In this document: one piece after another, positions 1-9,388 of the stretch
Layout of the letters: each line of letters opens with the position of its first letter
Numbering within the stretch: position 1 is the stretch's first letter
Virus record (IMG/VR): IMGVR_UViG_3300027973_000059
Location: 2,345 to 66,344 of that record
DNA length: 64,000 nt
Origin: a virus
Strand: one strand, 5' to 3'
Position numbers and translations under genes: made by a program
The notes under the pieces: model-generated
Database searches by the model: none
What the model was told of the DNA's origin: nothing
What the model saw: the letters and a program-made list of their open reading frames with translations, nothing else

Positions 1-50
1 CTGTACAACCAATTAAATATCAAAAATCAGAAGATATTCAATCTACTCCA

Positions 51-290
51 TTGTCTTTAATGAAAAAACCAGAAGTAATTGTTAAAAAACAAAATAATTA
101 CGATGAAGGGGAATCTATAATGTTGCGTATGCCAGATAGACTAGGTGGTGGGGGTGGTGCGTTTATAGGTACTAAAAAGAAAGACGGAACTGTAGAATAT
201 GTTAAACCTGAAGATTTTAAAAGAATGGGAGTTCCTCCTTATGGTCAAGAATTTATTTTAAACCAATTAGCTAAAAAAGATGAAAAGTAA
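51..290 (+). CDS. hypothetical protein
   Basis: ORF track; start uncertain. Confidence 0.5.
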   Translation: MSLMKKPEVIVKKQNNYDEGESIMLRMPDRLGGGGGAFIGTKKKDGTVEYVKPEDFKRMGVPPYGQEFILNQLAKKDEK

Positions 291-296
291 ATTAAA

Positions 297-1661
297 ATGA
301 TTGATATAGAAAACTACTCAAATTATCCAATTAACGACCAAATACCTAGTAATCAGTCGCTAAAAAATAAAGCCTTAGCCCAAATGAAGGCTAGAACTGA
401 TAATTATTTATCTAATCGTCCGTCTTTATCTCAATATATTAAAGATGCAGAGGAAAGGCAAAGAACTAATACTGCTAAACAAGTTGCTTTATTAGAATCG
501 CAAAAACTTTTAAATAAAGCAGCAAGTAGTAAGGTAGCAGCAAATGCTATGAAAAATATAGTAGAACCGGGCTTTGATGTTGCAATGTTAATAGAAGGAG
601 GTGGATTGGCTAAAAATGCAATTAAATCTGGATTAAAATCAATGAGTAAAAAAATAGCAGTAGATGAAGCCGCATCTACTATAACTTCAAAGGGTACTAC
701 TAGATATTTTAATAAAGCTAATAAAGAACTTCCATATACTACATCAATGAGAAGTATGGAAGAAGTTAAAAATTATAATCAAGGGCTAAAAAAACAATTT
801 AAAACTGGTTCAACAGAAACACCTTCTGAAGCATTAAAACCATATTTAACTGATGATAAAAAATTAGGTATTAATGATATTGATTGGGAAGAAATATCAA
901 AAATGTATGGCCCGGCGTCTCTTTTAAGAACAAATAAAATAAAAGAAGCAGACAAAGTACTTTTAGATTTTAGAAATAGAATTTCAACTCCAGAAGGGGA
1001 AAAAAGAATGAAATCTTTATTAGGTGATAGATATGAAAAGGTAAAAAATAATATAAAAAATTTAGAATTAAAAGAAGACCCATCGGATTATGCATATTAT
1101 ACATCTGGTGTAATGACCGAACCATATATAGGTTTACACCCAGAATTAGATAGAGAAATGATAAAGCCAATTGTTAGACATGAAATAGAGCATGCGGTGC
1201 AAAAGGGAGCTACTACCGAAGTTGATGATATATTATCAAATTTAGAATTAAAAAAAACTCCTAATAAAGTAAATTGGGATGAAAGAAAATTAGACAAGCA
1301 AATAAATCCACAGAATTTAAAATACAAATTAAAGGATAGACAAGATGCTACAGATTATTTTGATTCTGGTTCTAGCGGTAGAGAAAAAGGTGCATTTCTA
1401 GGAGAATTACAACAATATATGGTTGATAAAAAACTTATATCACATCCTTATGCTGTTAATGAAATAACCCCTTCAAAAATAAGAGATGTTTTTATAGACA
1501 ATATTGGGCAAGATGAATATCCGTTAAGAATATTTAACATAATGAAACCTACTGACAATAATTATAAAATTATAGCAGATGGTTTAAATAAAATGTTAAT
1601 AGGTGGGGGCGCTGTATTTGGAGCAAATAAATTAAATTCAATGAAAAATAATGAAAAGTAA
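297..1661 (+). CDS. protein with zincin-like metallopeptidase motif, possibly virion-associated
   Basis: 454 aa; HExxH motif (IVRHEIEHAVQ) with a downstream Glu (REKGAF). Confidence 0.5.
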   Translation: MIDIENYSNYPINDQIPSNQSLKNKALAQMKARTDNYLSNRPSLSQYIKDAEERQRTNTAKQVALLESQKLLNKAASSKVAANAMKNIVEPGFDVAMLIEGGGLAKNAIKSGLKSMSKKIAVDEAASTITSKGTTRYFNKANKELPYTTSMRSMEEVKNYNQGLKKQFKTGSTETPSEALKPYLTDDKKLGINDIDWEEISKMYGPASLLRTNKIKEADKVLLDFRNRISTPEGEKRMKSLLGDRYEKVKNNIKNLELKEDPSDYAYYTSGVMTEPYIGLHPELDREMIKPIVRHEIEHAVQKGATTEVDDILSNLELKKTPNKVNWDERKLDKQINPQNLKYKLKDRQDATDYFDSGSSGREKGAFLGELQQYMVDKKLISHPYAVNEITPSKIRDVFIDNIGQDEYPLRIFNIMKPTDNNYKIIADGLNKMLIGGGAVFGANKLNSMKNNEK

Positions 1662-1806
1662 ATTAAAAATGATGAAGCGAGCAGATGGCTCTTATTCTCC
1701 ACGAGGATTATGGGATAATATTCGTAATGCTAAAGGAAGTGGCAAAAAACCAACTGCCGAAATGTTAAAGCAAGAAAAGAAAATTAAATCAGAAGAAAAG
1801 AAATAG
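1651..1806 (+). CDS. small basic protein (51 aa)
   Basis: Read manually: MKSKLKMMKRADGSYSPRGLWDNIRNAKGSGKKPTAEMLKQEKK...; fills the gap between flanking genes. Confidence 0.65.
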   Translation: MKSKLKMMKRADGSYSPRGLWDNIRNAKGSGKKPTAEMLKQEKKIKSEEKK

Positions 1807-1808
1807 TT

Positions 1809-2093
1809 ATGGCTGGAGCTTGGCAACGTAAAGAAGGTAAAAATCCTGAAGGTGGATTAAACGCTAAAGGTCGTGCGTCTTATAATGCAGAAACTGGTGG
1901 TAATCTAAAAGCTCCGGTTAAGTCTGGCGTTAATCCTCGTAGAGTTTCTTTTGCAGCTCGTTTTGCTGGTATGCTTGGAGCAATGAAGAAACCAAATGGC
2001 GAACCAACAAGGAAAGCCTTAGCATTAAAAGCTTGGGGATTTGGGAGCGTTGAAGCTGCTCGCAAGTTTGCTAATGCACATAAAAAATCTTAG
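1809..2093 (+). CDS. small basic phage protein (DUF6321-like)
   Basis: AWQRKEGKNPEGGLNAKGRASYN...RRVSFAARF pattern typical of aquatic phages. Confidence 0.6.
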   Translation: MAGAWQRKEGKNPEGGLNAKGRASYNAETGGNLKAPVKSGVNPRRVSFAARFAGMLGAMKKPNGEPTRKALALKAWGFGSVEAARKFANAHKKS

Positions 2094-2094
2094 T

Positions 2095-2472
2095 TTATTT
2101 TAATAATGCTAAATCATTTAGCAATCTTATTAGTGGTATTAAAAATCCTTCGGAAGTATTGTTATCCCCTCCTTTCATTTTAAACTCATTGTTTTTATAA
2201 TATACTCTACATACTTTTTTTAACGATTCGGTTGGTAATAAAATAGCAGCATCAAGCACATCCATTCTGTATATCCAATAGTTAGCCGTAGTGGTAGCCA
2301 ATCCGCTTGGTTTATTTCTAGATTTATATTCAATATATAAATTACCAGTTTTATGAATAAGCCTATCGCTTTTTACTTCAATAAGCTTACCATTATTAAA
2401 TAAATTATTAAGCCAATCTTCTGCCTTTTCTCCAAAGTTTAAATCGTGACTAAAACTTGAAGAGTATTTCAT
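2095..2472 (-). CDS. PD-(D/E)xK-fold nuclease-like protein
   Basis: GEKAE...IEVKSD...TGNLYIEY motif. Confidence 0.55.
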   Translation of the reverse strand: MKYSSSFSHDLNFGEKAEDWLNNLFNNGKLIEVKSDRLIHKTGNLYIEYKSRNKPSGLATTTANYWIYRMDVLDAAILLPTESLKKVCRVYYKNNEFKMKGGDNNTSEGFLIPLIRLLNDLALLK

Positions 2473-2475
2473 TCG

Positions 2476-2754
2476 TTAATTTTTAACTTCCTTTTGTTGA
2501 TTTAGAATTTCTTTTCCTTTATCTGATAATGGTCTAGCATATATTCTTAATTTCTTTTGTGTAGTTGGGCATACAAAAGTTAAGCCTGCATCTAAATAAG
2601 CTTTGATTACTAATTCTAAAACTCCATCAGCATCTTCGCTTGCGCCAATTACATGAGGTTCGTCATAATCAAATTGCATACAGAAATCACATCCGTCTAG
2701 TGGTTGTGCATCTTGCGGAAGGTTTAATTGTTTTTCTTTTTTAGATTTTGCCAT
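2476..2754 (-). CDS. hypothetical protein
   Basis: ORF; likely start MAKSKK overlapping the upstream stop. Confidence 0.55.
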   Translation of the reverse strand: MAKSKKEKQLNLPQDAQPLDGCDFCMQFDYDEPHVIGASEDADGVLELVIKAYLDAGLTFVCPTTQKKLRIYARPLSDKGKEILNQQKEVKN

Positions 2755-3469
2755 TGTTAAAGTTTTTGTGGGTGTTTTCAATATCTTGTAAAAATTCTCT
2801 TGCTTTTTCTACTTTTTGCTCAATGCGTAAAATATCATCTTCGTTTCTACTAACGTCAAACATAAGTATTCTTTCTTCCATAGCTATATCATCAAACTTC
2901 ATGTTTAATTCTAGCTTCATGGCTTCTCTTACAAACTCTGGGCTTTCTTCTGAAATTACATCTAGCTTTTTAAGTAAATAATACTTCTCTTGTTGTATAA
3001 TATTATCTGGTGTATTTACAAGGCAATAAGCAATGGTAGCTTTGGTTTTACCCGTAAGCCACATATATGACATCATTTGCCAATAGTATAAATTATCAAG
3101 TTTATCTGGGATATTACCTAAGAATGTCCATAGGTCATAGCTAGATTTAATATCAATAATTCCATCATCAATAATATCTGGTAGCCCTGTTATGTATTTA
3201 TTTGAAAATCTTTCCGTATTTTTAACAAAAGGTTTCTTTAAGTACATAGACAATAAATCAATCGATTCTTGCTCTACTTCAATTCCTTTTTTCATTTGCT
3301 TTGTTTGAATATCTTTACTCCTATTATACTTATTAGAAATATAAACATCAAGCAAATGTCTTTGTGCGGTCTTAGAAAGTAACCCAGCTTCTTTGTCCGC
3401 TTTTGTTACTGGCTCAGTCATTATATATCCTACAGAGCTTGCTCTAATTAGTGTTTCATTCCAATTCAT
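2741..3469 (-). CDS. YqaJ/lambda-exonuclease family recombination nuclease
   Basis: IRASS, G.E.E, GLPD, IDIKSS, YYWQMMSYM motifs. Confidence 0.8.
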   Translation of the reverse strand: MNWNETLIRASSVGYIMTEPVTKADKEAGLLSKTAQRHLLDVYISNKYNRSKDIQTKQMKKGIEVEQESIDLLSMYLKKPFVKNTERFSNKYITGLPDIIDDGIIDIKSSYDLWTFLGNIPDKLDNLYYWQMMSYMWLTGKTKATIAYCLVNTPDNIIQQEKYYLLKKLDVISEESPEFVREAMKLELNMKFDDIAMEERILMFDVSRNEDDILRIEQKVEKAREFLQDIENTHKNFNNGKI

Positions 3470-3471
3470 AG

Positions 3472-3834
3472 TTATAAAGATTTATGTTTAGCGTTATAAG
3501 ATTCCAATACTTCTGGATTATTTTTAGCCATTAATTCCCAAGCTCTTAACTCATCTCTAGTCTTGCAAGCATTTATAAACTCTATTGTTTTTTCAGCTAA
3601 AGATTTTTTAGATTGGGTAGGAATAATTTCATCTGGGATTTCTTGGTAAAATTCATTTAAATCTTTTAATTTAATTACATTTTGCTTGTGATACTCTTCC
3701 ACAAGTTCTCTTGCATAGTCAAGAGCTTTGGTAGCAGATTCTCCCTCGTTAAGAGCAAATTCAACGCCAATTTTTTCAGAAGAATAATTTCCTAAGTTAA
3801 ATGTTCTAGTGTAGTTAATGGTTTGTATGTGCAT
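3472..3834 (-). CDS. hypothetical protein
   Basis: ORF in operon with the exonuclease. Confidence 0.65.
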   Translation of the reverse strand: MHIQTINYTRTFNLGNYSSEKIGVEFALNEGESATKALDYARELVEEYHKQNVIKLKDLNEFYQEIPDEIIPTQSKKSLAEKTIEFINACKTRDELRAWELMAKNNPEVLESYNAKHKSL

Positions 3835-3840
3835 AGTGGT

Positions 3841-4038
3841 TTATTTTATTCTAGTTACAGTAGTTACAGTGTCAGCAGCTTTTATTTTAAATAGTTTGTT
3901 TTTGTGAGCTTCTTTTTTCTTTAAATTAGAAACCATTACCATTACTGAAGTATATGGGTTGTCTAACCTAAGATGCTCTCCTAAAGTCAAATCGGCTACC
4001 TTACTGGAAACCGAATCGGGGGAAATGTTTCTTGCCAT
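3841..4038 (-). CDS. small protein, possibly DNA-binding
   Basis: ORF downstream of a minus-strand TAATTTTG promoter. Confidence 0.55.
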   Translation of the reverse strand: MARNISPDSVSSKVADLTLGEHLRLDNPYTSVMVMVSNLKKKEAHKNKLFKIKAADTVTTVTRIK

Positions 4039-4054
4039 GTTATTTGTTTTGGCA

Positions 4055-4109
4055 CAAAATTAATTTAATTAATTTAATATAAAAAATTTAATTTAATTTA
4101 TTATATTTG
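4055..4109. promoter_or_regulatory. divergent Bacteroidota sigma-70-type promoters
   Basis: TAATTTTG (-, 4055-4062) and TATATTTG (+, 4102-4109) flanking TTAATTAA-rich DNA. Confidence 0.6.
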
Positions 4110-4142
4110 TATTTCATACGCATAGAAGGTTTAACAAGTAAT

Positions 4143-4175
4143 CCCCCTTCCGTTTCTACGGTGAGGGGCTTTTTT
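4143..4175 (+). terminator. rho-independent terminator
   Basis: CCCC-TTC-CGT-TTCT-ACG-GTGA-GGGG followed by a T run. Confidence 0.65.
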
Positions 4176-4536
4176 ATGTTATAACATTTGTCAAGTTATA
4201 ACTTTACTTATTTGCGTAGTACTACTACTAACATTTAACATATTTTGTTACAAATACCTATAAATCAGTAGCATATTTGCCCTAATTCCATTACAACATT
4301 TTACATATTGTACCTAAAACATTGTACAATGTTCACGAATACGTGAAAGTTTGCTTTTTGTGAACAATGAGTAGTATTACTACCAATTTATGTAACTTAA
4401 TCACACTTTTTAGTACGAATAAATGTTCCCAATTTGGTTACAAAAGTTCGCTAATAGTAAACTTTATCAATCATAAAAGTTACCCAATAAGGCAACTTTG
4501 AGCCGTAAATGACCAATAATCGGCTCATGTTTGAGC
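4176..4536. repeat. array of non-identical palindromes
   Basis: ATGTTATAACAT, AAGTTATAACTT, GTAGTACTAC, AACATTGTACAATGTT, TTCACG-N4-CGTGAA, GTAGTA-T-TACTAC and others. Confidence 0.75.
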
Positions 4537-4539
4537 GAT

Positions 4540-4570
4540 AAAAAACCCCATGTCATTCTAAAACATGGGG
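4540..4570 (-). terminator. rho-independent terminator
   Basis: CCCCATGT-N9-ACATGGGG followed by TTTTTT on the minus strand. Confidence 0.75.
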
Positions 4571-4610
4571 CTGAAACTACAAACTATGATAACCACCGTA
4601 AAAATATAAA

Positions 4611-5156
4611 TTATTTTTCAATAAATTTCTTTTTTACCAAGTTTAGCTTTGCCCTATATTCTAGAATTAAGCCCTTTAGCTCATCTTTTGTAGGTTTTAC
4701 TGTTTGCCTAGCTGTTTCTCTTAAATAATCAACTACAGCATTATTTTCTTCGTGTAATTTGTATTCAAACTCTTCTATATTACCAGTTTTAAAGTAATTA
4801 CATTCCATACATTGTGGTCTGCAATTTTGTTCTAACCATCTAGTGCTTAAATTTGACCTACCCATAAAATGACCGCATTGTATTTCTGCAATAGTGTGTT
4901 TTTTACCACAAGTATAACATTCAACAATACCTGTTTTATCTGCATATCTATTTCTAATGTACTGGCTAAATACATGGTCAAGGTCTTGGACAAGATTTTG
5001 AAAACTTTCTGTATCATCTTCAAATTCTTCTAATCTTTTTTGCGTAGAGTGTACGGTGGCGCATTGTTTACACATCTTTTTTGAAAACCAATAATCAATA
5101 TTGCCACAATTAACACAACGCTTTTTCTTTGTTATTATTGTACTGTTATATGCCAT
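4611..5156 (-). CDS. ninG: NinG/Rap-like recombination endonuclease
   Basis: LDHVFSQYIR, CYTCG, QCGHF, RW...NCRPQC..CN..K.GN. Confidence 0.8.
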   Translation of the reverse strand: MAYNSTIITKKKRCVNCGNIDYWFSKKMCKQCATVHSTQKRLEEFEDDTESFQNLVQDLDHVFSQYIRNRYADKTGIVECYTCGKKHTIAEIQCGHFMGRSNLSTRWLEQNCRPQCMECNYFKTGNIEEFEYKLHEENNAVVDYLRETARQTVKPTKDELKGLILEYRAKLNLVKKKFIEK

Positions 5157-5436
5157 GTATTCTAAATTTTAAATGTATATTATCTTCATCCATCATGCTA
5201 TTACAAACATCTATAGCCATTTTATAGTAAATCTCTTTTGGTATATTATTCTTTTTAGCCATTTCTTCAACTTTGCAAATATCTGGTCTATTATCATAAA
5301 CGCTACACATATTATTTATAAGCATTTTACAAGCTCCGTCTTCATCAACATCAAATGGAAACTCATCATATGTGAGAAATTTTTTTATTAATCCAACTCT
5401 TTTACAACAACATCCACAATTAGTGCAGGGGAACAT
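5146..5436 (-). CDS. YkgJ-family cysteine cluster protein
   Basis: CxxCGxCC...C...CSVYDNRPDIC. Confidence 0.8.
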   Translation of the reverse strand: MFPCTNCGCCCKRVGLIKKFLTYDEFPFDVDEDGACKMLINNMCSVYDNRPDICKVEEMAKKNNIPKEIYYKMAIDVCNSMMDEDNIHLKFRIHGI

Positions 5437-5675
5437 TTTTTTATTTTATTTCTTTCTTGATTTTTAATTACTGTTTTATCTAATTTTTCTTGACCTTTTT
5501 TACTAGTGTATAACATTTGTATATCAAAGTAAAAATCTTTTTTATCATCTTTCGTTAAATCAGGATGATTTCTTATCCTGTGCATTATTTCATCTTCTGT
5601 TATCCATCTTTCCATTATTTTATTTTTTTTGTTTATTTTTAATCCATCCATTTCCCGTGTTTTCTTAAATGCCAA
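5388..5675 (-). CDS. hypothetical protein
   Basis: ORF track; start uncertain. Confidence 0.5.
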   Translation of the reverse strand: MAFKKTREMDGLKINKKNKIMERWITEDEIMHRIRNHPDLTKDDKKDFYFDIQMLYTSKKGQEKLDKTVIKNQERNKIKKCSPALIVDVVVKELD

Positions 5676-5776
5676 AATCTATGCTTTATTACTTCAATAA
5701 TAATACCCATTAAAGTATTAGCTTCATAAGTTCCTTCATTAATTATTAATTTCATAAGTTATTTGTTTTAGTTAGG

Positions 5777-5860
5777 CAAAGCTAATTAATTAAATTAAAT
5801 AAATAAAAAATATTTTTCAAAAAATAAATTTTGTAATTAAAAATAAAGTTCATTACTTTG
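5777..5860. promoter_or_regulatory. divergent promoters for recombination (-) and replication (+) operons
   Basis: TAGCTTTG (-, 5777-5784); TTTG at about 5830 plus TTACTTTG (+, 5853-5860). Confidence 0.55.
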
Positions 5861-5879
5861 CTACTCAATCAAATTATTT

Positions 5880-6077
5880 ATGAAAAACTCAAATGTAAAA
5901 GACGAGATTCTTCTCTATCTTGAACAAGAAGAACGACCGCTAGCTTGGCTTTCAAGAAAAACAGAAATCCCATACCCTACGCTTTATTCAATTTTTATTC
6001 AGAGGATAATGAATCTGTCTGATACAAATTTAGCAAAGATAAATAGAGCAATGGACACTGATTTTATTAATGATTAA
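5880..6077 (+). CDS. Cro/XRE-like HTH regulator
   Basis: LAWLSRKTEIPYPTLYSI helix-turn-helix pattern. Confidence 0.7.
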   Translation: MKNSNVKDEILLYLEQEERPLAWLSRKTEIPYPTLYSIFIQRIMNLSDTNLAKINRAMDTDFIND

Positions 6078-6086
6078 TTTAAGAAA

Positions 6087-6830
6087 ATGGCTAAGAGATT
6101 TACTGATACTGAAAAGTGGAAAAAACCTTTTATAAGGGGCTTACAAGGGGCTTATAAGCTCCTTTGGCTATATATTTGTGATGATTGTGACCATGCAGGG
6201 GTATGGCAAGTTGATATTGATGTAGCGCAGATAAGAATAGGAGAAAAAATTGATTTAAAAGAGGCTATTAAAAGTTTTGATGAAAAGATTATAATTTTTG
6301 ATAAGGGGAATAAATGGTTTATACCTTCTTTTATTGAATTTCAATACCCTTCTGGTTTAAATCCAGACAATAGAGCGCATAATAGTATAATCATATTGCT
6401 TGAAAAAAATAATTTGCTAGATAAACAAAATAAGCCCCTTACAAGGCCCTTACAAGGGCGTAAGGATATGGATATGGTTAAGGATATGGATATGGATATG
6501 GTTAAAGGGACAAAAAAAATTAAAATTTCATTTATTGGGGAAGAAATTATACAATATTGGGATTTATGGAAAGATTACAAAAGCAAACAATTTAAATTTA
6601 ATTATAAAACAGTTCAAAGCGAGCAAGCTGCATTTGATGATTTAGTTAGGCTGTCTGAAAAAAATTGTGAAAATGCTATTGAAATTATAAAACAATCTAT
6701 GGCAAATGGGTGGAAAGGGCTATTTGAGCTTAAAATAAGCCAAAATAAGCCACTTTCTCGAAGAATTGATAATAAGTATCAAAACGAATTAGAAACCGCT
6801 AGAAACGCCTTTAAACCAATTTCTGAATAA
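6087..6830 (+). CDS. replication initiator-like protein
   Basis: MAKRFTDTEKW...LWLYICDDCDHAG N-terminus, low-complexity linker, C-terminal SMANGWKGLF; lies upstream of the helicase. Confidence 0.7.
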   Translation: MAKRFTDTEKWKKPFIRGLQGAYKLLWLYICDDCDHAGVWQVDIDVAQIRIGEKIDLKEAIKSFDEKIIIFDKGNKWFIPSFIEFQYPSGLNPDNRAHNSIIILLEKNNLLDKQNKPLTRPLQGRKDMDMVKDMDMDMVKGTKKIKISFIGEEIIQYWDLWKDYKSKQFKFNYKTVQSEQAAFDDLVRLSEKNCENAIEIIKQSMANGWKGLFELKISQNKPLSRRIDNKYQNELETARNAFKPISE

Positions 6831-8689
6831 TGATAACAATTTTTAAAAACATTTTTTCTAAGGAACCAAATTACATTTCTGTTGAAGCCGCGTTAAAAAG
6901 AATACAAGAAGGTAAAAGTAAATCAACTGTATCTGAAATCAGAGGAACAATTGATAAAGAAAAAGCAAATAAGATTAAACTTAACCTTCCTTCGGTTTGT
7001 TTTAGTGGTAAATTTGGTCCCGATAGAACGGATGCTCAGTTAATTACGCATAGTGGTTACATAGTTTTGGATTTTGACAATGTATTTGAGCTTAGGGATA
7101 AGCAAAATGAGATTATATCAAATCAATTTGTTTATGCTTGCTGGATTAGCCCTTCTGGTAACGGATTAAAAGCTTTGGTAAAAGTAGCAAATGGGGTAAA
7201 ACATAGAGAACATTTTCAAGCATTACAAGAAGTGTTTCCAGAGATTGACCGAAGCGGAATTAACCAAAGTAGAGTTTGTTATGAAAGCTATGACCCTGAA
7301 ATTTACATAAATGACAAGGCTGAGGTTTTTAAGAAGATTAAAAAAACTGAAAAGGTTGTTATTTATGAGAAAAACGATGATGACCAAAAGATATTTAAGA
7401 ATGTTTTGACTTGGTTATCTAATAAAAATGAGGCTTTTGTTACAGGAGAAAGGAATAATTTTATATTTAAATTAGCTTCAGCTTGTTGTCGTTTTGGTAT
7501 TAATGAAACCGCAGCAAATTCTATGATTCATATGGAGTTTATAACCAATTCGGAGTTCACAAAAAGCGAAGCAGATAGAGCAATACGCTCGGCATACAAG
7601 GCTAATTCAAAAAACTTTGGAAGTGCATCATTTGATAAAGAAATATTAGTTGATAAAGTTTCTAGAAAGGAAATTGAAGTTGAAAAAGCCGTATTTGATG
7701 AAGGGTTAAAGTTAAAAGATGTTATTTATGGTATTGATGTAAAAGAGCAAGCTTTGAGAATTTATGATGAAGGCTATGCAAAAGTAGATGGAATTGGCGT
7801 ACCCGATTTAGATGATAAATTTAAACCAAAGAGAGGGGAGATTACAGTTCTTACTGGTATTGGTAACTATGGTAAATCTTCGTTTAAAAAGTGGTATCAA
7901 GCAATGCGTATAATGTTGTACGGAGAAAAGTTTGCTACATTTTCACCAGAAGATAATCCACCTGAAGAATACTACCATGACTTTGTAGAGATTATTTTAG
8001 GATGTGATTGTAGTCCTGCAAATCCACATAGACCATCTAAGCAAGTTTATGAATATGTTTACGATTTAGTGTGCAAGCATATATTTTATGTTTATCCTAA
8101 AGATGTATCGCCTACTCCACAATATGTGATGGAAGTGTTTTTAGAATTAATTGTAAAAGAGAATGTAGATGGCGTAGATATTGACCCATTCAATCAGTTA
8201 ACAAATGAATATCAAAAGTTTTCAAGGAGTGATAAATATCTTGAGTGGGTATTGTCTGTATTCTCAAGATTTGCACAGATAAATAATATTTTCTTTTGGA
8301 TAATTGCTCACCCTGTTAAAATGATTAAAGCTTCTGATGGTAACTATCCATGTCCAGATGTGTTTGATTTGACTGATGGCGCAATGTGGAACAATAAGTT
8401 AGATAATATTCTTGTATATCATAGACCTTTTGCACAAACAGACCCTAGCAATCCGTCTTGTGAATTTCATAGTAAAAAGATTAGAAGACAAAAGATTGTT
8501 GGTAAAAAAGGGTTTATTTTATTTCAAATGTATTTTCAAACAAGAAGATTTTTATTTAATGGATTAGATTCTTTGCAGAAAATAATTAATGATAAGAATA
8601 TAGTTTTAAGACCTGATGCGTCAGTTCAAAAAACATTTGATAATTGGGTGCCTTACAAAGATGATAATGGAACAGAAATTAATTTTTAA
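6830..8689 (+). CDS. BT4734/VirE-N primase + PriCT + DnaB/Twinkle-like helicase fusion
   Basis: LPSVCFSG, LDFD, SPSGNGLK, GERNN, Walker A TGIGNYGKSS, IDPFNQL, AHP. Confidence 0.85.
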   Translation: MITIFKNIFSKEPNYISVEAALKRIQEGKSKSTVSEIRGTIDKEKANKIKLNLPSVCFSGKFGPDRTDAQLITHSGYIVLDFDNVFELRDKQNEIISNQFVYACWISPSGNGLKALVKVANGVKHREHFQALQEVFPEIDRSGINQSRVCYESYDPEIYINDKAEVFKKIKKTEKVVIYEKNDDDQKIFKNVLTWLSNKNEAFVTGERNNFIFKLASACCRFGINETAANSMIHMEFITNSEFTKSEADRAIRSAYKANSKNFGSASFDKEILVDKVSRKEIEVEKAVFDEGLKLKDVIYGIDVKEQALRIYDEGYAKVDGIGVPDLDDKFKPKRGEITVLTGIGNYGKSSFKKWYQAMRIMLYGEKFATFSPEDNPPEEYYHDFVEIILGCDCSPANPHRPSKQVYEYVYDLVCKHIFYVYPKDVSPTPQYVMEVFLELIVKENVDGVDIDPFNQLTNEYQKFSRSDKYLEWVLSVFSRFAQINNIFFWIIAHPVKMIKASDGNYPCPDVFDLTDGAMWNNKLDNILVYHRPFAQTDPSNPSCEFHSKKIRRQKIVGKKGFILFQMYFQTRRFLFNGLDSLQKIINDKNIVLRPDASVQKTFDNWVPYKDDNGTEINF

Positions 8690-8706
8690 TAATAAAACAA
8701 AACACA

Positions 8707-9045
8707 ATGATTAGAATTTCAGTAATCGGAAGATTAGGACAAGATGCAACAGTAAACAATGTAAATGAAAAAACAGTAATTAATTTTTCAATGGCTTACA
8801 GCGAAAAGTTTAAAAACCAACAAGGACAAGAGGTAGATAAAACAACTTGGGTTTCTTGCGCTTACTGGACTGACAAAACCAACGTAGCCAACTATCTTAA
8901 AAAAGGTACTTTGATTTACATGGAAGGGAAGCCAGAGGCAAAAACATATTTGAATGATAAGACCAAAGAAACAGTGGCTCAACTCCATGCTAGGGTTACA
9001 AGCTTGCAATTATTATCTAGCAAATTAGATGAAAACCAAATTTAA
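8707..9045 (+). CDS. ssb: single-stranded DNA-binding protein
   Basis: IGRLGQD, TTWVSC, YLKKGTLIYMEG. Confidence 0.9.
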   Translation: MIRISVIGRLGQDATVNNVNEKTVINFSMAYSEKFKNQQGQEVDKTTWVSCAYWTDKTNVANYLKKGTLIYMEGKPEAKTYLNDKTKETVAQLHARVTSLQLLSSKLDENQI

Positions 9046-9269
9046 TGTATATTCACGAATTAAATAACCCAATAGATGTTGAAACACCACTTGGATACGG
9101 GAAAGCAATCGCATGGCTCGACTACGGAAGCGACACAAACACTGTTTGGAAAGTCATACTATACCACAACGGCATGGTGCGGAACTTTTACGATGACGAC
9201 ATACTTGTTTACCCCAATAAAATGGACGGCGGGGAATTAGATAAAAATTATTTTAAAAACAAACAATAA
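9045..9269 (+). CDS. hypothetical protein
   Basis: ORF coupled to ssb. Confidence 0.65.
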   Translation: MYIHELNNPIDVETPLGYGKAIAWLDYGSDTNTVWKVILYHNGMVRNFYDDDILVYPNKMDGGELDKNYFKNKQ

Positions 9270-9388
9270 TGGCAAAACTTACAAATTCATCCAAGGTTAC
9301 ATTTGGAACAAAAAAATCAGGAAGAGCAAAAAAATCTTATAACAAACATTCACCCCGTCCAAAACAATATAGAGGGCAGGGCAGATAA
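9269..9388 (+). CDS. small basic protein (39 aa) ending YRGQGR
   Basis: Read manually; TAATG-coupled to the previous gene. Confidence 0.55.
   Translation: MAKLTNSSKVTFGTKKSGRAKKSYNKHSPRPKQYRGQGR

Noticed and set aside
4391-4405. CRP-type site TGTAA-N5-TCACA
   Set aside because: Spacer is 5 bp, not the 6 bp required
4531-4728. Plus-strand 65-aa ORF
   Set aside because: Antisense to ninG and runs across its terminator
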